From NCBI RefSeq assembly GCF_009914755.1, contig NC_060930.1: a stretch of 64,000 nucleotides of DNA. One strand, 5' to 3'. The notes beneath the pieces were generated by a model. The model was not told where the DNA came from. It did not search any database and worked only from the letters and a program-made list of their open reading frames with translations. Shown here one piece after another: positions 29,310 to 42,999 of the stretch. This DNA comes from the human T2T-CHM13v2.0 reference genome, Homo sapiens. The position numbers and the translations under genes are program-made. The stretch's first letter is position 1. Each line of letters opens with the position of its first letter.

Positions 29310-30115
29310 AAATAGCAAACTCATCCACTTAGTCGCACATGCCAAAAACCTATCATTCTTCATTTTATTTTCCTTCCTACATTACATTTAATCTATCAAC
29401 AAGTACTATGTATCTGTATCTAAAAGTATTAAATACACCCATTTCTCTCTCATGCCACTTCCACTCCCTTAGTCTTAGCCACCATTGCAGCAGTATGTGC
29501 TCTAAACACACTCTGAGGAGCTTACAATCTCTTCTCCATGGAGTATCCAGAGTGATCCTTAAAAGCACAGATCAAATCATGATTCCCTGTTTATATGCTC
29601 CAGTGGCTCTCCTTCACACTTAAAACACAAATTCTCTACCATGGTTTACCAGGCCTTCATGATCCTTTCTATTCCTTGAATATCTAAAGTTTGTTCCAAC
29701 ATCAAGGCCTTTGCATCTGCTGTTCCTTCTCCTTGGTAAGCTCTTCTGGCAACTTATAAGACAGGCTAATTTTTTTTTTCCATTTAAGTCTCAGCTGAAA
29801 CATCAACTCAGTGAGGATTTATCCGAAATCCTTTCAAAATTAGTTTTACTCAGGAAACTCACTCAAAATCACATTATACTGCTCTTTTTTTCTTCACTGA
29901 ATTATGTATCAAAACTTCAAAACTATCTTGATTACTTAATTTGTATATATGTGTGTGTGTATATATATATAGTATACATATAGTTGGTTTCCCCATCTGA
30001 AATATAAGCTCCTTGAAGTGATATGTCTTGTTTACCATTTTAATGCTGTCATCTAGAATCATGCCTGGTACACAGGGAGTGTTTAAAATTTTTTGTTGAA
30101 TAAATGAATAAATTT
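29310..30115 (+). mobile_element. L2 3' region
   Basis: tcaaggcctttgcatctgctgttccttct...atgcctggtacacag...tttgttgaataaatgaat tail. Confidence 0.7.
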
Positions 30116-33100
30116 GTTGGGGAAAATCCTCATATAGCCTGTCTGTTACAACTTTTCTGCCTCTGCTTACACCCAGTCCCAGTTGAAAGTTCAGCTGACT
30201 TCTTAAGATGTAGATGAGAATTAATGACTTCTCAGAAATTTTCCACAAGTCATCATCGCTGTTCTTGAAAACTTCCTATCTCTTTAGTAGAATACTTACG
30301 TATAGTATACATACTTATATTACACACACACATTTTTGAGGTATTTTACCTAGACTTTACTTTTTTCAGATCTGTTTATGTGTCATGAGTTGGACCATAA
30401 ACTTCTTGAAGTCATGGGCTTCTATATCATTTCTTTCCTCTATTTACAGTAATGACAATACTCTCCATCTAGTAGGTGGAGGCAAGGTTAAAAAATCAAC
30501 TACTTTTTAAACCTATTTTTCTCACAAAAAGGTGAAAATTAATGTAAGATGTAATAAAATTAAGAACTCAGGTAAAAGTTTTCTTCCTGTATTTTGTCCA
30601 TTCTAAGAGGGTATGTGGGGACAGGAGCAAAAGCAAAGGCAGAACTTCTATTCATAAACATTTTATCTTTTTCTGTATTAGATTAAAAGAAAAATGACCA
30701 CTCCACATTGTTTCTAAATTATGTCAATAAAATTAAAATATAGCAGGAAAAAACACTGATACATCTTCAGGGCATTGAAAAGAATAATTATGAATTATTG
30801 TACTAAATAATATTCTGAATAACAATATTAATTAATTCAGCCATTCCAAAGAGATTAATACATATCTTTTAAATATCAGGCACACACAATTATAAGGAGG
30901 TTGATACCCATACCCTCATGAACTTTACAGTCCAGTCCATCCAGACAGTTCTTCATTTCAATAAGAAATTTCTGAATAATTAACAATTTGACCACTCGTT
31001 AGCCTTTAAATCCATTGTGGTAATATAACATTTTTATTCTACTCCAGTTTTTCAAAGGCAAAGAGAGACTTTAGCCTTGCAAACAGGTTGAAAATAATCT
31101 ATTAGCTGTTAATTTTTTAGTACCTTTATATTGAAACAAAAAAGAATTTATAATGATAAGGATGTTGACAGAAAAGCAGGAAATATTAGTGCCTAACAAA
31201 AGTCAGTTCTAAGTCATGAAACATTGATTTTTCATTAAAATTGTACTTGTTCCTGGCTTGGCTTCGCTTAGATATGCTTTCATTTCCCTCAGGCTATAGT
31301 CTATTACTCTATTACTAATATACTTTTCTGTAATTTCCTCCCTTCTGAGTTCAGGAAAAGAAAAACCTTAAATCAGATTAATTTTTGACAACTTGTGCAT
31401 AGATCCAACAGGCAGGAAGAATGATACACACTTGCTCCCTTGCAGGAGAAAAGAGTGTGATTATCAGCAAGAGTGCTCAGGCACTCAGAGGAAAAACTAC
31501 AAAATTCTGCTCACTGATTACAAGTTTTCAGAAGGGCTAGCAGCTTTCCCCAGGCTAATTCCACCCTAGGGACCAAGAAAAGCCACATCCCTGCCCAAAG
31601 TTTCTGAATGGCTAGGCGAATCTACCACAGTTGATCCTAACTTCCATCCCTTTAAAAAAAAGTGGTAAAAAAGTATCTGAAAATTTATTGCTAATGTTTT
31701 CCTATTTCCTTCAACGTGCAGCAGAATAAAAATAAAACATCTTAGTACAATTTAAGAAATTAAGACTAGGATTTCAGGCCCTGAAGCCCATTTAAATATA
31801 GATTTTTTTAAACCCTTGCTTTTAAACCACCCTCCACTTTTGTAAATTCTGTGAGGGATGAAACACAAGAGTGCAATTTAAGAGTGGAGATTGTGGAGTT
31901 GTTCAAGTTCACCAGTGGTGACTCTAATGGAAATGAATTCAGTCAAAAAGTTTCTAAACGCATGGAGTACAACCAAATGGAGCTTCCACAGTTTTACTGT
32001 AACTTCTTGACAGATAAACTGTTCTTTTTCTTCTCATGTTTGTTATTTTTGAATGTCTGTCACTTACAAAAGCATTTCATCCATCTGCACAGAGAAAAGG
32101 GCACCAATGAAAGATTTGACAAAGGCAGCATCAGACAAAATTAAGATTATGAAGAAAATGCTTTTAAAAAAACAAATTCTTCATCAAGTAATTAGTGAAT
32201 AGACCACAAAAGAAAGAAGAATGGAGAAATTAGACAAAACATGATCAGTGCTGGTATGTCTTATGTATTTGGATTTTGGATAAAATCTTGCATGTACTTC
32301 TACTCTTTTGTAACAAGTGATTGTTTCTTAATATTGGAATACATGTTTAAAGTGCAAGCTAGCACTGAAGTCAAAGATTTTTAGAGGGAGTGAGGAAGGA
32401 CTTATATCATCATTGCTTACCATAAGTAATATTCTGAGTAAATAATAATCTGACTTAGACATTCCCAGGATATAAACATACAAAATGAAGAGGTAAACTC
32501 CAGACTATATGAATCTTTAGTAATTATACATCAACTTTAGGTTTATCAAACAAATGAAAAATGAATGCCCACATGTATACCTTAGCTTTTGGAATTTTTT
32601 TCTTTCCATGGCTTCTAGGGATACTGTCTGTTACTGATTTCCAGCTATATCTGGTGCCAGTGAAGATAAGTTCCACCAAAGTACCTATGGCAAGGCAGTC
32701 AAAGTGTTTTCTGGTATTTTAGACTGACACCAAGAAAGAGATTCACTATTTTAAAAATATCATGGTAATGATTAGGTTACATGAACTTTAAGTGCTTTCT
32801 TGCAATCATTTGTGAAATACCTGAACCTTTACACTACATATTGGAAACTAGCCACTATTTTTACTAAAATTCCTAAGGGAAAATAAAAACTTAATATCAG
32901 TTCAAACACTATATGCTGCAAATAACAGATTACCTACTAGTAGTGATTTCCATAATGACTTTTTTTTTTTCAAATACAGATATCTAAAATTAAGGAAGTC
33001 CAGCAATGGATATCTGAGAACCTCATGGTTGTTAGGGCTCTGAGTTGGCTAATTTGTTTAGACAATATGGCTCAACTTTCTGAACACCATATCCTGATAA

Positions 33101-33296
33101 AACAATGCCCCTAGGTAAAAGGGATGAGTTGGGGGTTGTCCTTCCCACCTCTCTGTTTATAAATCAGGAAGGAAAACATTTCTTTGAAGTCCTACGTTCT
33201 AAGAAGATGTAGCCTTAGATCTCTCATGCCAAGATAGGATTACATCTACGACGCTAAACCAATCACTGGCAGAGGGTGAATGGGACTTGCTTAGAC

Positions 33297-33461
33297 CAGT
33301 TGTTGACCTGACCAGCAGTGTCAGGGGTAAACTCATTAGAAATGCAAATTCTTGGGCCTCTTTCCAGGCCCAGTGATTTAGAAACTGTGGAGTTGAGGCC
33401 CAGCAATCTGCTTAACAAGCCCCCAAGTGATTCTGACTTAAGCTTAACTTTGAGAAGAGCT
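33297..33461. mobile_element. MER5A (hAT-Charlie)
   Basis: ttagaaatgcaaattcttgggcc...ggcccagcaatctg...aacaagcccccaagtgattctga...tttgagaa. Confidence 0.8.
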
Positions 33462-33529
33462 GATTTAGAACATTCTAGCTCATCCCCTGGATTTGACCCA
33501 CCTTCTCTGAGCAGATAAGGAAAAATTCT

Positions 33530-34120
33530 CCTCAAGGTTCCGCATATGTTCCCTTTGCCTCTAATGCTCCTGCCCTACATGGGTGATGCCCTCATTCCCT
33601 TCAGGTTTCTGCTGAAACATTACCTCACCAGCGAGACTTTCTCTGATAACTGTATATAAAGTAGTAATGCCCTAGACACATTCTTCCAGTATTTCCTATC
33701 CCCAGACCCTTTATTTTTCTTCAAAGGATTTATCACCATTTGCCATGCCACATACAGTCAGCCCTCTGCATTCATGGGTTCTGCATCCGAAGAGTCAAAC
33801 AACCACAGACTTACACTGTATTTGGTATTATAAGTAATCTAGAGATTAAGTATACAGAAGGATGTACATAGGTTACAGGCAAACACTATGCCTTTTCATA
33901 TCAGGGACTTGAGCATAACTGATTTTGGTATCCTCGGGGTCCCGGGACCAGTCCTCCTTGGATACTAAGGAATGACTGTACTTATTTGTTTGTGTTTGGT
34001 CTATTTCCTTCAACTAGAATTTAAGTTCCATAAAAGCAAAGGCTTTACTCTATTCACTTTTCTATCCCCAGGGCCTACAACACTGTCTGGTATACTATGG
34101 ACATAAAATAAATATTTGCT
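33530..34120 (+). mobile_element. L2 3' fragment interrupted by MER2
   Basis: L2 3' motifs on both sides of 33755-33978, ending aaataaatatttg. Confidence 0.6.
33755..33978 (-). mobile_element. MER2-like TcMar-Tigger element, internally deleted
   Basis: TA-cagtca...tgactg-TA termini; tattataagtaatctagagatt...agggacttgagcat core. Confidence 0.8.
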
Positions 34121-34974
34121 ATAGAAATATTGATATCCAAATGAAATCAGAAATCAAAAAATGGCTCATGAATAGACAAGAAACATTATTAAATTAAAAA
34201 AAACCTCTTTCACCATAAATACTATGTTCAAATAAATTTACCTATATTAGAAATTTTTCCATTCTATCAGATTTCATAGCTTTTATCTATGGAAATGTCA
34301 GGTTTTTTAAGAAATAGATTTGACTAACATACAAACTTCTGCCAAAACTAAATGCTAAGTAACAAGGTTTGTTCTAAAAAATCCAGAAGTTCACAGGATG
34401 GGAAAATTAGATACAACCAAAGTAGTTTCAAAATATAAACTACTTACATAAACAGATTACAATACTTGCAATTTCCCATACCATTGGTTTTGTTTCTTAG
34501 TTTTAGTCTAAGGATTATTCAGCATCTTGATTTCTTATCAATGCCCGCTTGCTTTACTTTAAGAATAATTTTATGTAAACAAGTACATGGTTCCACAAAT
34601 AACTATTTACATATTGAGAAAATTTTAAATGACATAATATGCTAAATATTATTAAATAATATAAAATAAAAATTCAATTGAAATGCCTCTTTTGTTAGTT
34701 TAATATGGATAAAGCATATTTCTAGTGAAATACTTTTAAAGATTCTTTAAGTAAATTTTAATATAATTTATATATTTGCATGATTCAGCACATTTAAATC
34801 TAACCATAAAAATGTTACTTGTTACGATAGTTTCCTTAAGAAACAAATAATCGCAGTATAAATTCTTGATGGCATCATGGCACAAAATTCTTAGCTGCTA
34901 ATTTACAAATACTTGTGTGCGTGCATGAGGGTATAATGAATTAGGGCACTTTATAAATTACATATACAAAGATA

Positions 34975-35270
<296 letters not shown>

Positions 35271-35817
35271 TAGATAGAGCAAATCAATATCAAACAATCT
35301 CAAACAGTATTTTTTCAGTAGAGAGAACTGAACCTAAAGACAGTGAGCATGCAAGTTGCACAATGATCCTGTCTCATTGTACAAGTGACTCTCTAGTGTT
35401 GCTCCATGTTCTTAATGTATCACAGACACCTTCCTTGAGACGTATTCTCCTTTTTGCTTTCAAATATACAGCTAACCAAATTCCGTTTCATATTTTAGAA
35501 CAATTCTGGTTTTGAATAGGCTATTTTATAAATGGAAAGCCTTTCTTGATTTCTAGTACAATTGAGATAAACTCTTCCACTCCATTCTTGAAGCATATCT
35601 TCTCAGTGACTTTATTTGTCTCAACTGCAATGAACATAACTCCCAGGATATCTCTTCTCTTGCATCATAATATGTAACCACATGACTATTTATTTTAAAC
35701 ATTATGATGCTGATTATTTAATTCATATGTTTAATAGTCAAGCCAAGGTCTTTATTCTCTTTATGTGCTGGCTGCCACCAGAGATACAAGGCAGGAAACA
35801 AACTATTACACTAAGCA

Positions 35818-35960
35818 TTTTTAATTTTTAGTTTAAGTTTTTATAGAAATAGGTCTTGTTATATTGCCCAGGCTGATCTTGAACTCCTGGGCTCAAGCAA
35901 TCCTCCTTCCTCTGCCTCCCAAAGTGTTGGGATTACAGGCACGAGTCATGGCATACAGCC
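35818..35960 (-). mobile_element. Alu monomer (FLAM-like)
   Basis: Single left-arm unit: ttgcccaggctgatcttgaactcctgggctcaagcaatcctcc...gggattacaggc. Confidence 0.8.
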
Positions 35961-37244
35961 GATACTAGGAATTTTTTAGAATGATTTTTACACGCTGAAA
36001 AATTTTCAAAATGATGTTATTTCAGTATGTATGCTAATTGTTCTTAGATTTAAATTCTTTCACATTGTTCTTCAAGAATTTTCAAACTTTTAAAAATTTC
36101 CTGGTCTCTTGTTCCACATCTGATACTTGTACTCTCTGCACAGGACTTCATTTAATTTGTTTAAATGGATAATCTAATACACTTCTCAATTTTTTCTGTT
36201 GGTGTCACTTGTCCATTTGCCCTCACAGGTTCAATTATTCCCTATTGTTTTAAAAGATATGTTTCTGCATTTGTTCAATTATATCACTGCCTACTTCCTC
36301 TAGAAATGTATTCTTTCTTATATATATTCAATATTTTTTGCTCCATTGGTAGGTTTCCTCTGATAAATAAAATATGCTCCAGTCTCTACCATGCTTAATA
36401 ATTCTTTCCTAAATTAAAGTCCTAGCAATCTCCTTTTTATCAGTAATGTATTTCTGGAAAAGAAAGTCTCCCCAACCACTTTATTTTCTCAGCTCCAGTT
36501 CATGCTAAAGTCTTGCTTCTATTCGCTATCTTTTTGCCCAGTCACTCTAATTGAATGCTCCCTTTTCTAAACTCAACCATAGACATCCCAGTTTGCAAAC
36601 CCAGTTGCCTCTTCTCATCCTATTTTATTTGAGCTTTCCATGCTGCTTAAAATATTAACTATCGTTTATAAGCCCCTTCTTGGTATATCTTCCTTTCGTC
36701 AGTGTTGTGACAAGGCACTCCACTGGTTATGCATCTTTCGATCCGGTTGCTTCTATTCTAGCTTCTCTCCTACCTCACTTTCTTCCTCCTACTGTCTCAA
36801 GATGGGTATCCTGCAAGGAGCTCTCCTCATCTTTCTATATTATCTTGTTCATATGTTTTTACCACTCCCAAGTTCTAAGTTCTCTAGTTCCAGACATTCT
36901 CCACACTTTTATTTCTAGTTTTTCCAATTACATTTATGTTAGCTATTTTTTGGTACCCTACACTTGGCTTTTCCAAAATGGAATAAATCATTTTTTTTTT
37001 AATCTCAGCCTTTGTTTCTAGTGTTTTCTGTCTCTGTGACTGACATCACATCTTCCTAGTGTGGTTGGCTCAGGACAGAAGTTCAGCATCATATTTAAGT
37101 CTTCAGCTTCCTTGTTCACAGCAGATACACACCAAGACATGTTAACTTGTACTCCACCATCATATCCTCCATATCCTTATTTCTTATTCTTTAATGTAAT
37201 CACTCATCTGCTCCCCATATTTTAGTATAACAGCTTTAAAATTC

Positions 37245-38268
37245 ACTTATATGTTGGAAAAACACACAAAGTTACAGAAAATTTGCAAATACACTACTCC
37301 CTTGTTTTCACTTTACTAAGCATGAAGAGTAAGTGACTGCCCTGATGCCTCCATTATCCAGAATACTTTAGTATTTCCCATAAACAAGGACATTTTCCTA
37401 TAGATCACAAAATGACGTTCAAACTTAAGAAAATTAACTACTGTCTAAACTTCAGATCCCATTCAAAATTCCCAATTGTCCTAATGATGTTCTTTGTATC
37501 TAAATGATCTAATTAGTTATATTTAGTTGCTATATCTCTTTGGTCCCCTTCAGCCTGCGCAGTCCAGCCTTCCCTTCACTTTCAAGGCCTTACGTTTTTG
37601 AAAATTATAGCTCAGTTATGTTGTAGAATATCCTCAATTTGGATTTGTCTGATATTTTAAATGTTTAGATTAAGGATATACATCTTTGGTTGGAATATCA
37701 CAAAAGTGATGCTGTGCTTTTCTTGCATCCTAGTGGGAAACCATAATGTCTTTCCCAACATGGATACTGTTCACCTTCATCATTTGGTCAAAGCATCTGC
37801 TAGGCTCTTCCAATGTGAGGTTAATCTGTACCCTTTTATAATTATTAAGTTTTTGGGAGCTACTTTGAAACTATGTAAATACCTGGTTTCTCATCCATCT
37901 TTCTCTATTTATATCAGTAAGGACTTGTGCTTTCCTATTTTATTCAGTGTTATAATCAATCACCATCTTTATTTTGATTCTCAAGTAATAGGCCTCTAGT
38001 TCAGCCAATGAGGGGCCCCCTTGAGGTTGGCAATTGTGTCCTCTTGCTATGCCCTCATTATTTTTTTAGCGCTTTCTGGCAAATAATAATAATAATCTAG
38101 TTTCATGTTGTACTTTCCTTGTTCCAGCCCTGGAATGAGCCATTTATCCAAAGAGCCCCAGGTACTTTTATTGGATAATGGTATTTAGACACCAACATCT
38201 GGATATTAGGCATATTTTCCATCAGTATGTTGTTGCTCCCAGGCTGTCTCAGTGGACTATGTGTATGG

Positions 38269-38303
<35 letters not shown>

Positions 38304-39000
38304 CTATACACACAGTTTCACCTGTGTTTTTTAACTTTCTCCCTGCACCCCCACACCCTGCCACACACGTAATCTCTGCCATCTCTGCTGTCACCTCCTT
38401 CCCTGTGCGGCTGTGCTCCTCACTCCATGCAGACTCAGGCAACCGGCACATGATCAACCTCTGCCTGGAAGTTCACACACCTAGACTGATAAGGCTCTGA
38501 CATGCTGTATGGGCCACCCTCTTGCGTGGACACCCTCTTAACCTCCCTCAGAGTCTGACTCCCCACCCCCAAGCTCTTCATCTTGTTTGGATTCTGATAC
38601 CTCACACCATGCTATGCGTCCCTGACAAGTCCCCTTTTCACCACACTTGGGCTCTGATTTCCCAAGGTGGATTGCCTACTGTGTTGATGTTCTACTCACC
38701 CTAGTTGGGCTCCAAAACCCCAACAGTTCACCTCCACATGTGGACACTCTACTCCCTGCTCAAGCTCTGACTTCCCACATGGGGTTGTGCCACCCACCGT
38801 CCCCATGAAGACAAGCTTCTGAATCTAACTGACTTCTGAAATGCCACACGAGGCTGATACTCTGTGAGACTGCCTCCTCCATCCGACTCAGGCTCTGACA
38901 AGGTCTGTGGGACCACTGCTGCTGCTTTCATCTCTCACTGGTGTGGGTCCTACCATGCTCTGCCCCACCCCAATGGTTGTGAGATGAATTTTTAAGGAAA
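37245..39000 (-). mobile_element. L1MC4/L1MC5-like 3' region containing (CA)n and a degenerate GC-rich repeat
   Basis: aacaaggacatt..., ccagccctggaatgagccatttatccaaagagccc...aatggtatttaga motifs typical of L1MC 3' UTR. Confidence 0.6.
38270..38300. repeat. (CA)n microsatellite
   Basis: About 15 CA units. Confidence 0.95.
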
Positions 39001-39479
39001 AAAAGGGAAGAAAAGAGAAAAGGCTGAGAAAAAAGAGCTACACCAGGCTTTCAGCTTGTTTCTTCACCTCTACTATTTAACTGCATCAATCTAACATATA
39101 TGCTATTGAGATTTTTTTTAACCCAAAATGTTACATATAGCTGGGATTAACTTGCTTTCACTTCAAAAACTTTCAGTGATTTGCTGTTGCCTTTACAATG
39201 CAGTTTGAATTCAAGATGCTGTCCAATACCAACATAAACTTTCCAGCTTTTATTTCCCTGCATTGATATGAATGAGACAGAAAACTTTTATTCTTTAGAT
39301 GTAAAGCATGTTTTCCAGTCCTATAGCTTTTGTTCTACCTAATTACTTCTAATTGGATCATCTTCCCTTTCATTTCAAACTGTCAAAATAATGTCCATCT
39401 TGGAAAGTAAGATTTAATGTTACTTCCTCCATAAAATTCTTCTCTTAGCTTCTCCACCATAAGCAATTATGAGTAATAG

Positions 39480-39730
39480 TAATAATAGCAATGAATTATA
39501 AGTATGTATTAAAAATGTCTCACATGTACTTTACTAGAAATTTCACATCTATTATTTCTGCTCTTTTGTTAGTTCTGAAAATTAATAATTTTCAACTCCA
39601 ATTCCATTTTATATACAATAAGAAAACATCAGCACAGAGAGTTCAGATGACTTGTTCAAATCCTAATAGCCAATAAATAGCAGAGGGGGGATTTGAATCT
39701 AGAATCTAGTCTGAATCCAAGGCTAATGCT
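39480..39730 (-). mobile_element. MIR SINE
   Basis: ccattttata...gaaaca..gcacagagag...gacttg...ggatttgaatc. Confidence 0.6.
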
Positions 39731-40705
39731 ATTTGCAGTGGGACACAAGCATTGCTCACTACACTTTTCCAGCCACTTTGTCTTTTTTCCTTTGAACATA
39801 GCACATTTGTATCATACTTTACTTAAGTTTCACATATTACTTAAAAGAATACAAACTCCTTGAAGACAGATTCATTCATGTTTAATTTCATATCCCTACC
39901 CTCAGAGAGCCTTGACCATGGAGAACACTTAGCACAGAGAAGAATGAACCACGGACTAGGGGTCAGGAGGACCAGCTTATAATCCTGCTTTGCCACAGGT
40001 CATGAGGATATGAAATGACACTTTAAATAGACCCTTAACTTCCCTGATCCTAGGATTCCATGTTTCTAAAAGGCTGTGGTGGTGACTGTATGACTTTTAT
40101 TTCTATCCAAATTAAACCCCTGAGTTGTTTGATTTAATAAAGAAATAAATAACTTTAAACATAAGAGAGTTAAAAAAATCCTATCACATCCATCTTTCTC
40201 TTTCCATATATTTGAAAGTTTTTTGGCACTTTCAATTTTAAGAAACTATTTCATTAAAAAGTCAAATTTGATCATTATCTTTAGAAAACTGAAAAGTTAC
40301 AAAGTTTATTTTGACAAAGAGCAATTTGAATTCACTTTTTCCAGTAAACAGCCCTCAAAGCACTTTCTAAAGGACTCAAAGAATAAGAAAAACATACTAA
40401 AATAATAGCAAAAATTAAAAAGGGGTAGTTTAACCTGAAAATGATCTACAACCAATGTATATAAATGAACTGGCCCTGTGATACTTGTTTTGATATTTAT
40501 AATTTAAATATGCTTAAGACCTAAGTAATGGTGTAGAGTTGGATATATTTTTTCTATTGGATTATAACCATTCATGAATTTGGGGTTACTAAATTCCTTA
40601 GCAGTGTCCTTTTTCATTTATACATTTTTTTTCTATCTCCTCTTCATTTTCTTAATGTCTTTGTATTCGCCATGATTATTGCCTAAACATTTCCTCCATT
40701 GCTTA

Positions 40706-41018
40706 TTGTTTTTTGTTTTGTTTTGTTTTGTTTTACAGACAGGGTCTTGCTCTGTTGCCCAAGCTGGAGCGCAGTGGAGTGATCATGGCTTACTGCTGCC
40801 TCGAACTCCTGGGCTCAAATGATCACCCTGCTTCAGCCTCCCAAGTAATTGTGACTATAAGTGTGTGCCACCATGCCCAGCTAATTTTAAAAGTTATTTT
40901 GTAGAGATTGGGTCTCACTGTGTTGCACAGGTTGATCTCAAACTCCTGGCTTGAAGGGATCTCTTGCCTTGGCTTCCCAAAGCACTAGGATTACAGGCAT
41001 GAGCCACCATGTCTGGCC
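40706..41018 (-). mobile_element. AluJ
   Basis: (TTTTG)n tail; gatcatggcttactgctgcctcgaactcctgggctcaa J pattern. Confidence 0.9.
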
Positions 41019-41525
41019 ATGCTTAAAGTGTCTTTAAATTTTTTCTGGCTCCCTTACCAGAAGTGTCCATTATTCAGAACATAAGCGCTTTTTTTTCTTT
41101 TTCTTTTCTTTTTTTTTTTTTTTTTAAATCTTGGAATTAGACTTGTGTAAGCCCCGGCAATGTGGCCTTTCTTTTCCTTTCTTCTCCTTTTCTTCATTTA
41201 GATTGTTGCTAATAGTGAGCATAATACTATGGTTTTGGAATGACCTGTGGATGCCTCTGTGAAGCTTCCACTTTGTTTTCCCCTCCCTCTTTCCTCTTTA
41301 ATTTCTCTGGTTTTCCAGCTTTTATTCAGCACATAGCTAACGGTTAAGAAGTAGTCAATGAGAAGGGCCTAAGGTCAGGTTTTTAAGGGGCCTAAGGTCA
41401 GATTTCTATACTTACTTAAACTTCTGTTCAATGCTATATCTACTTACCACCACAATTCAAAGACCTCACATCATCATGTATTTTTATTCCTTAATCTTTC
41501 TGTTGTTTTCTTTATCCATACCTGA

Positions 41526-41841
<316 letters not shown>

Positions 41842-42380
41842 AGAAATATGCTTTTAAATACCTGTTCTCCCTTTTTACTCAAGTAAGAGTTTGAAAACCT
41901 GAACTGCATACATATTGGGTGTAGAAAGATAGTAAAAGTATGAATGGGTAATGGATAAACATAATTTTTAGGATTGTTCAGCAAATAATTAATGAATCAA
42001 GGTATTATATAAGCTGGTATACAATCTGAATGGCAAATGACTAAATGAGCTGTCATTTCTTAGAAGGTTCTAAAGAGTGTTTTCAAGAAATACTTTTCAG
42101 AAGTGTTTCAAATAAAGTAGGCCCATATTCTCTACTTAGGGAAGGATTTGGGGGAGATACAGGCTATGGGTGACTTTATCTTATGTCATAACTCATTATC
42201 TAAAGGAAGTCCTTAAATTATCCCTCAGATTTCTCTCTTAGTGTCAATAATGATTAATTTTCTAATTATTTTTCTACATCCAATTTTCTACTTCCTTAAT
42301 TGTATGTATAATTTTTGGAATTTTCTCTAATTTCTTCAAATATTCTTTTAACTAGCCCTTGAGACACTTGATATAGATAT

Positions 42381-42932
42381 TGTACAGAAAAGAGTTAACG
42401 TAGCAGGACTAAGACTGAAATTCTTGGAAAGGGCGGCTTGCAAAGTTGACCTTGGACTGATGTCCGGGAACTCGGATTTGGGAGGGTTCCCATCATTCCC
42501 TGAGAAGAGTGGTTCATTGTGCCTAAACTGTGCAAATAATGTGCTTTATGCTAAAAGTCTAGTTTCCTTCTGGGAGAAGGGAATCTTGGCAGATGATAGC
42601 AAGAAGGGGTCCATGTGACCAGTTCCCACTAAAAACCTTAGGAACTGAGTCTCTAATAAGCTTTCTTGATAGACAGCATTTCACATGTGCTGTCCCAATT
42701 CCATCCTGGAGAAATTAAGCATGTCCTGTGTGATTCCATAGGAAGAGGCTCTTGGAAGCTTGCACCTGGCTTCCTCTGAACTTTGTCCATGTGACTTCTC
42801 CCTGTCCTTATTCTGCTTTGTATCCTTTCACTGTAATAAGTCGTAGCCATGAGAACAGGACAACTCACAGGATGACTGAGTCCTCCTTGTGAATCACCGA
42901 ATCTGAGGGTAGTCTCGGGAACCCCTGAGACA
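42381..42932 (+). mobile_element. ERVL-class solo LTR (MER21/LTR47-like)
   Basis: tgtacagaaaagagttaac...gggaacccctgagaca; TG..CA ends; 5-bp TSD gatat/gatac. Confidence 0.75.
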
Positions 42933-42999
42933 GATACATATCTAGATAATATAATATTTAAATCATAATACATCTATATAGGTACTGCATACCTTTTAA

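Noticed and set aside
32581-32614. Micro-exon candidate (ccctag|AAGCCATGG...CTAAG|gtatac)
   Set aside because: 34 or 31 nt, so not frame-preserving; weak donor; no other support.
38340-38960. CRISPR-like repeat-spacer array
   Set aside because: Eukaryotic context, highly degenerate units and embedded in L1-like sequence.
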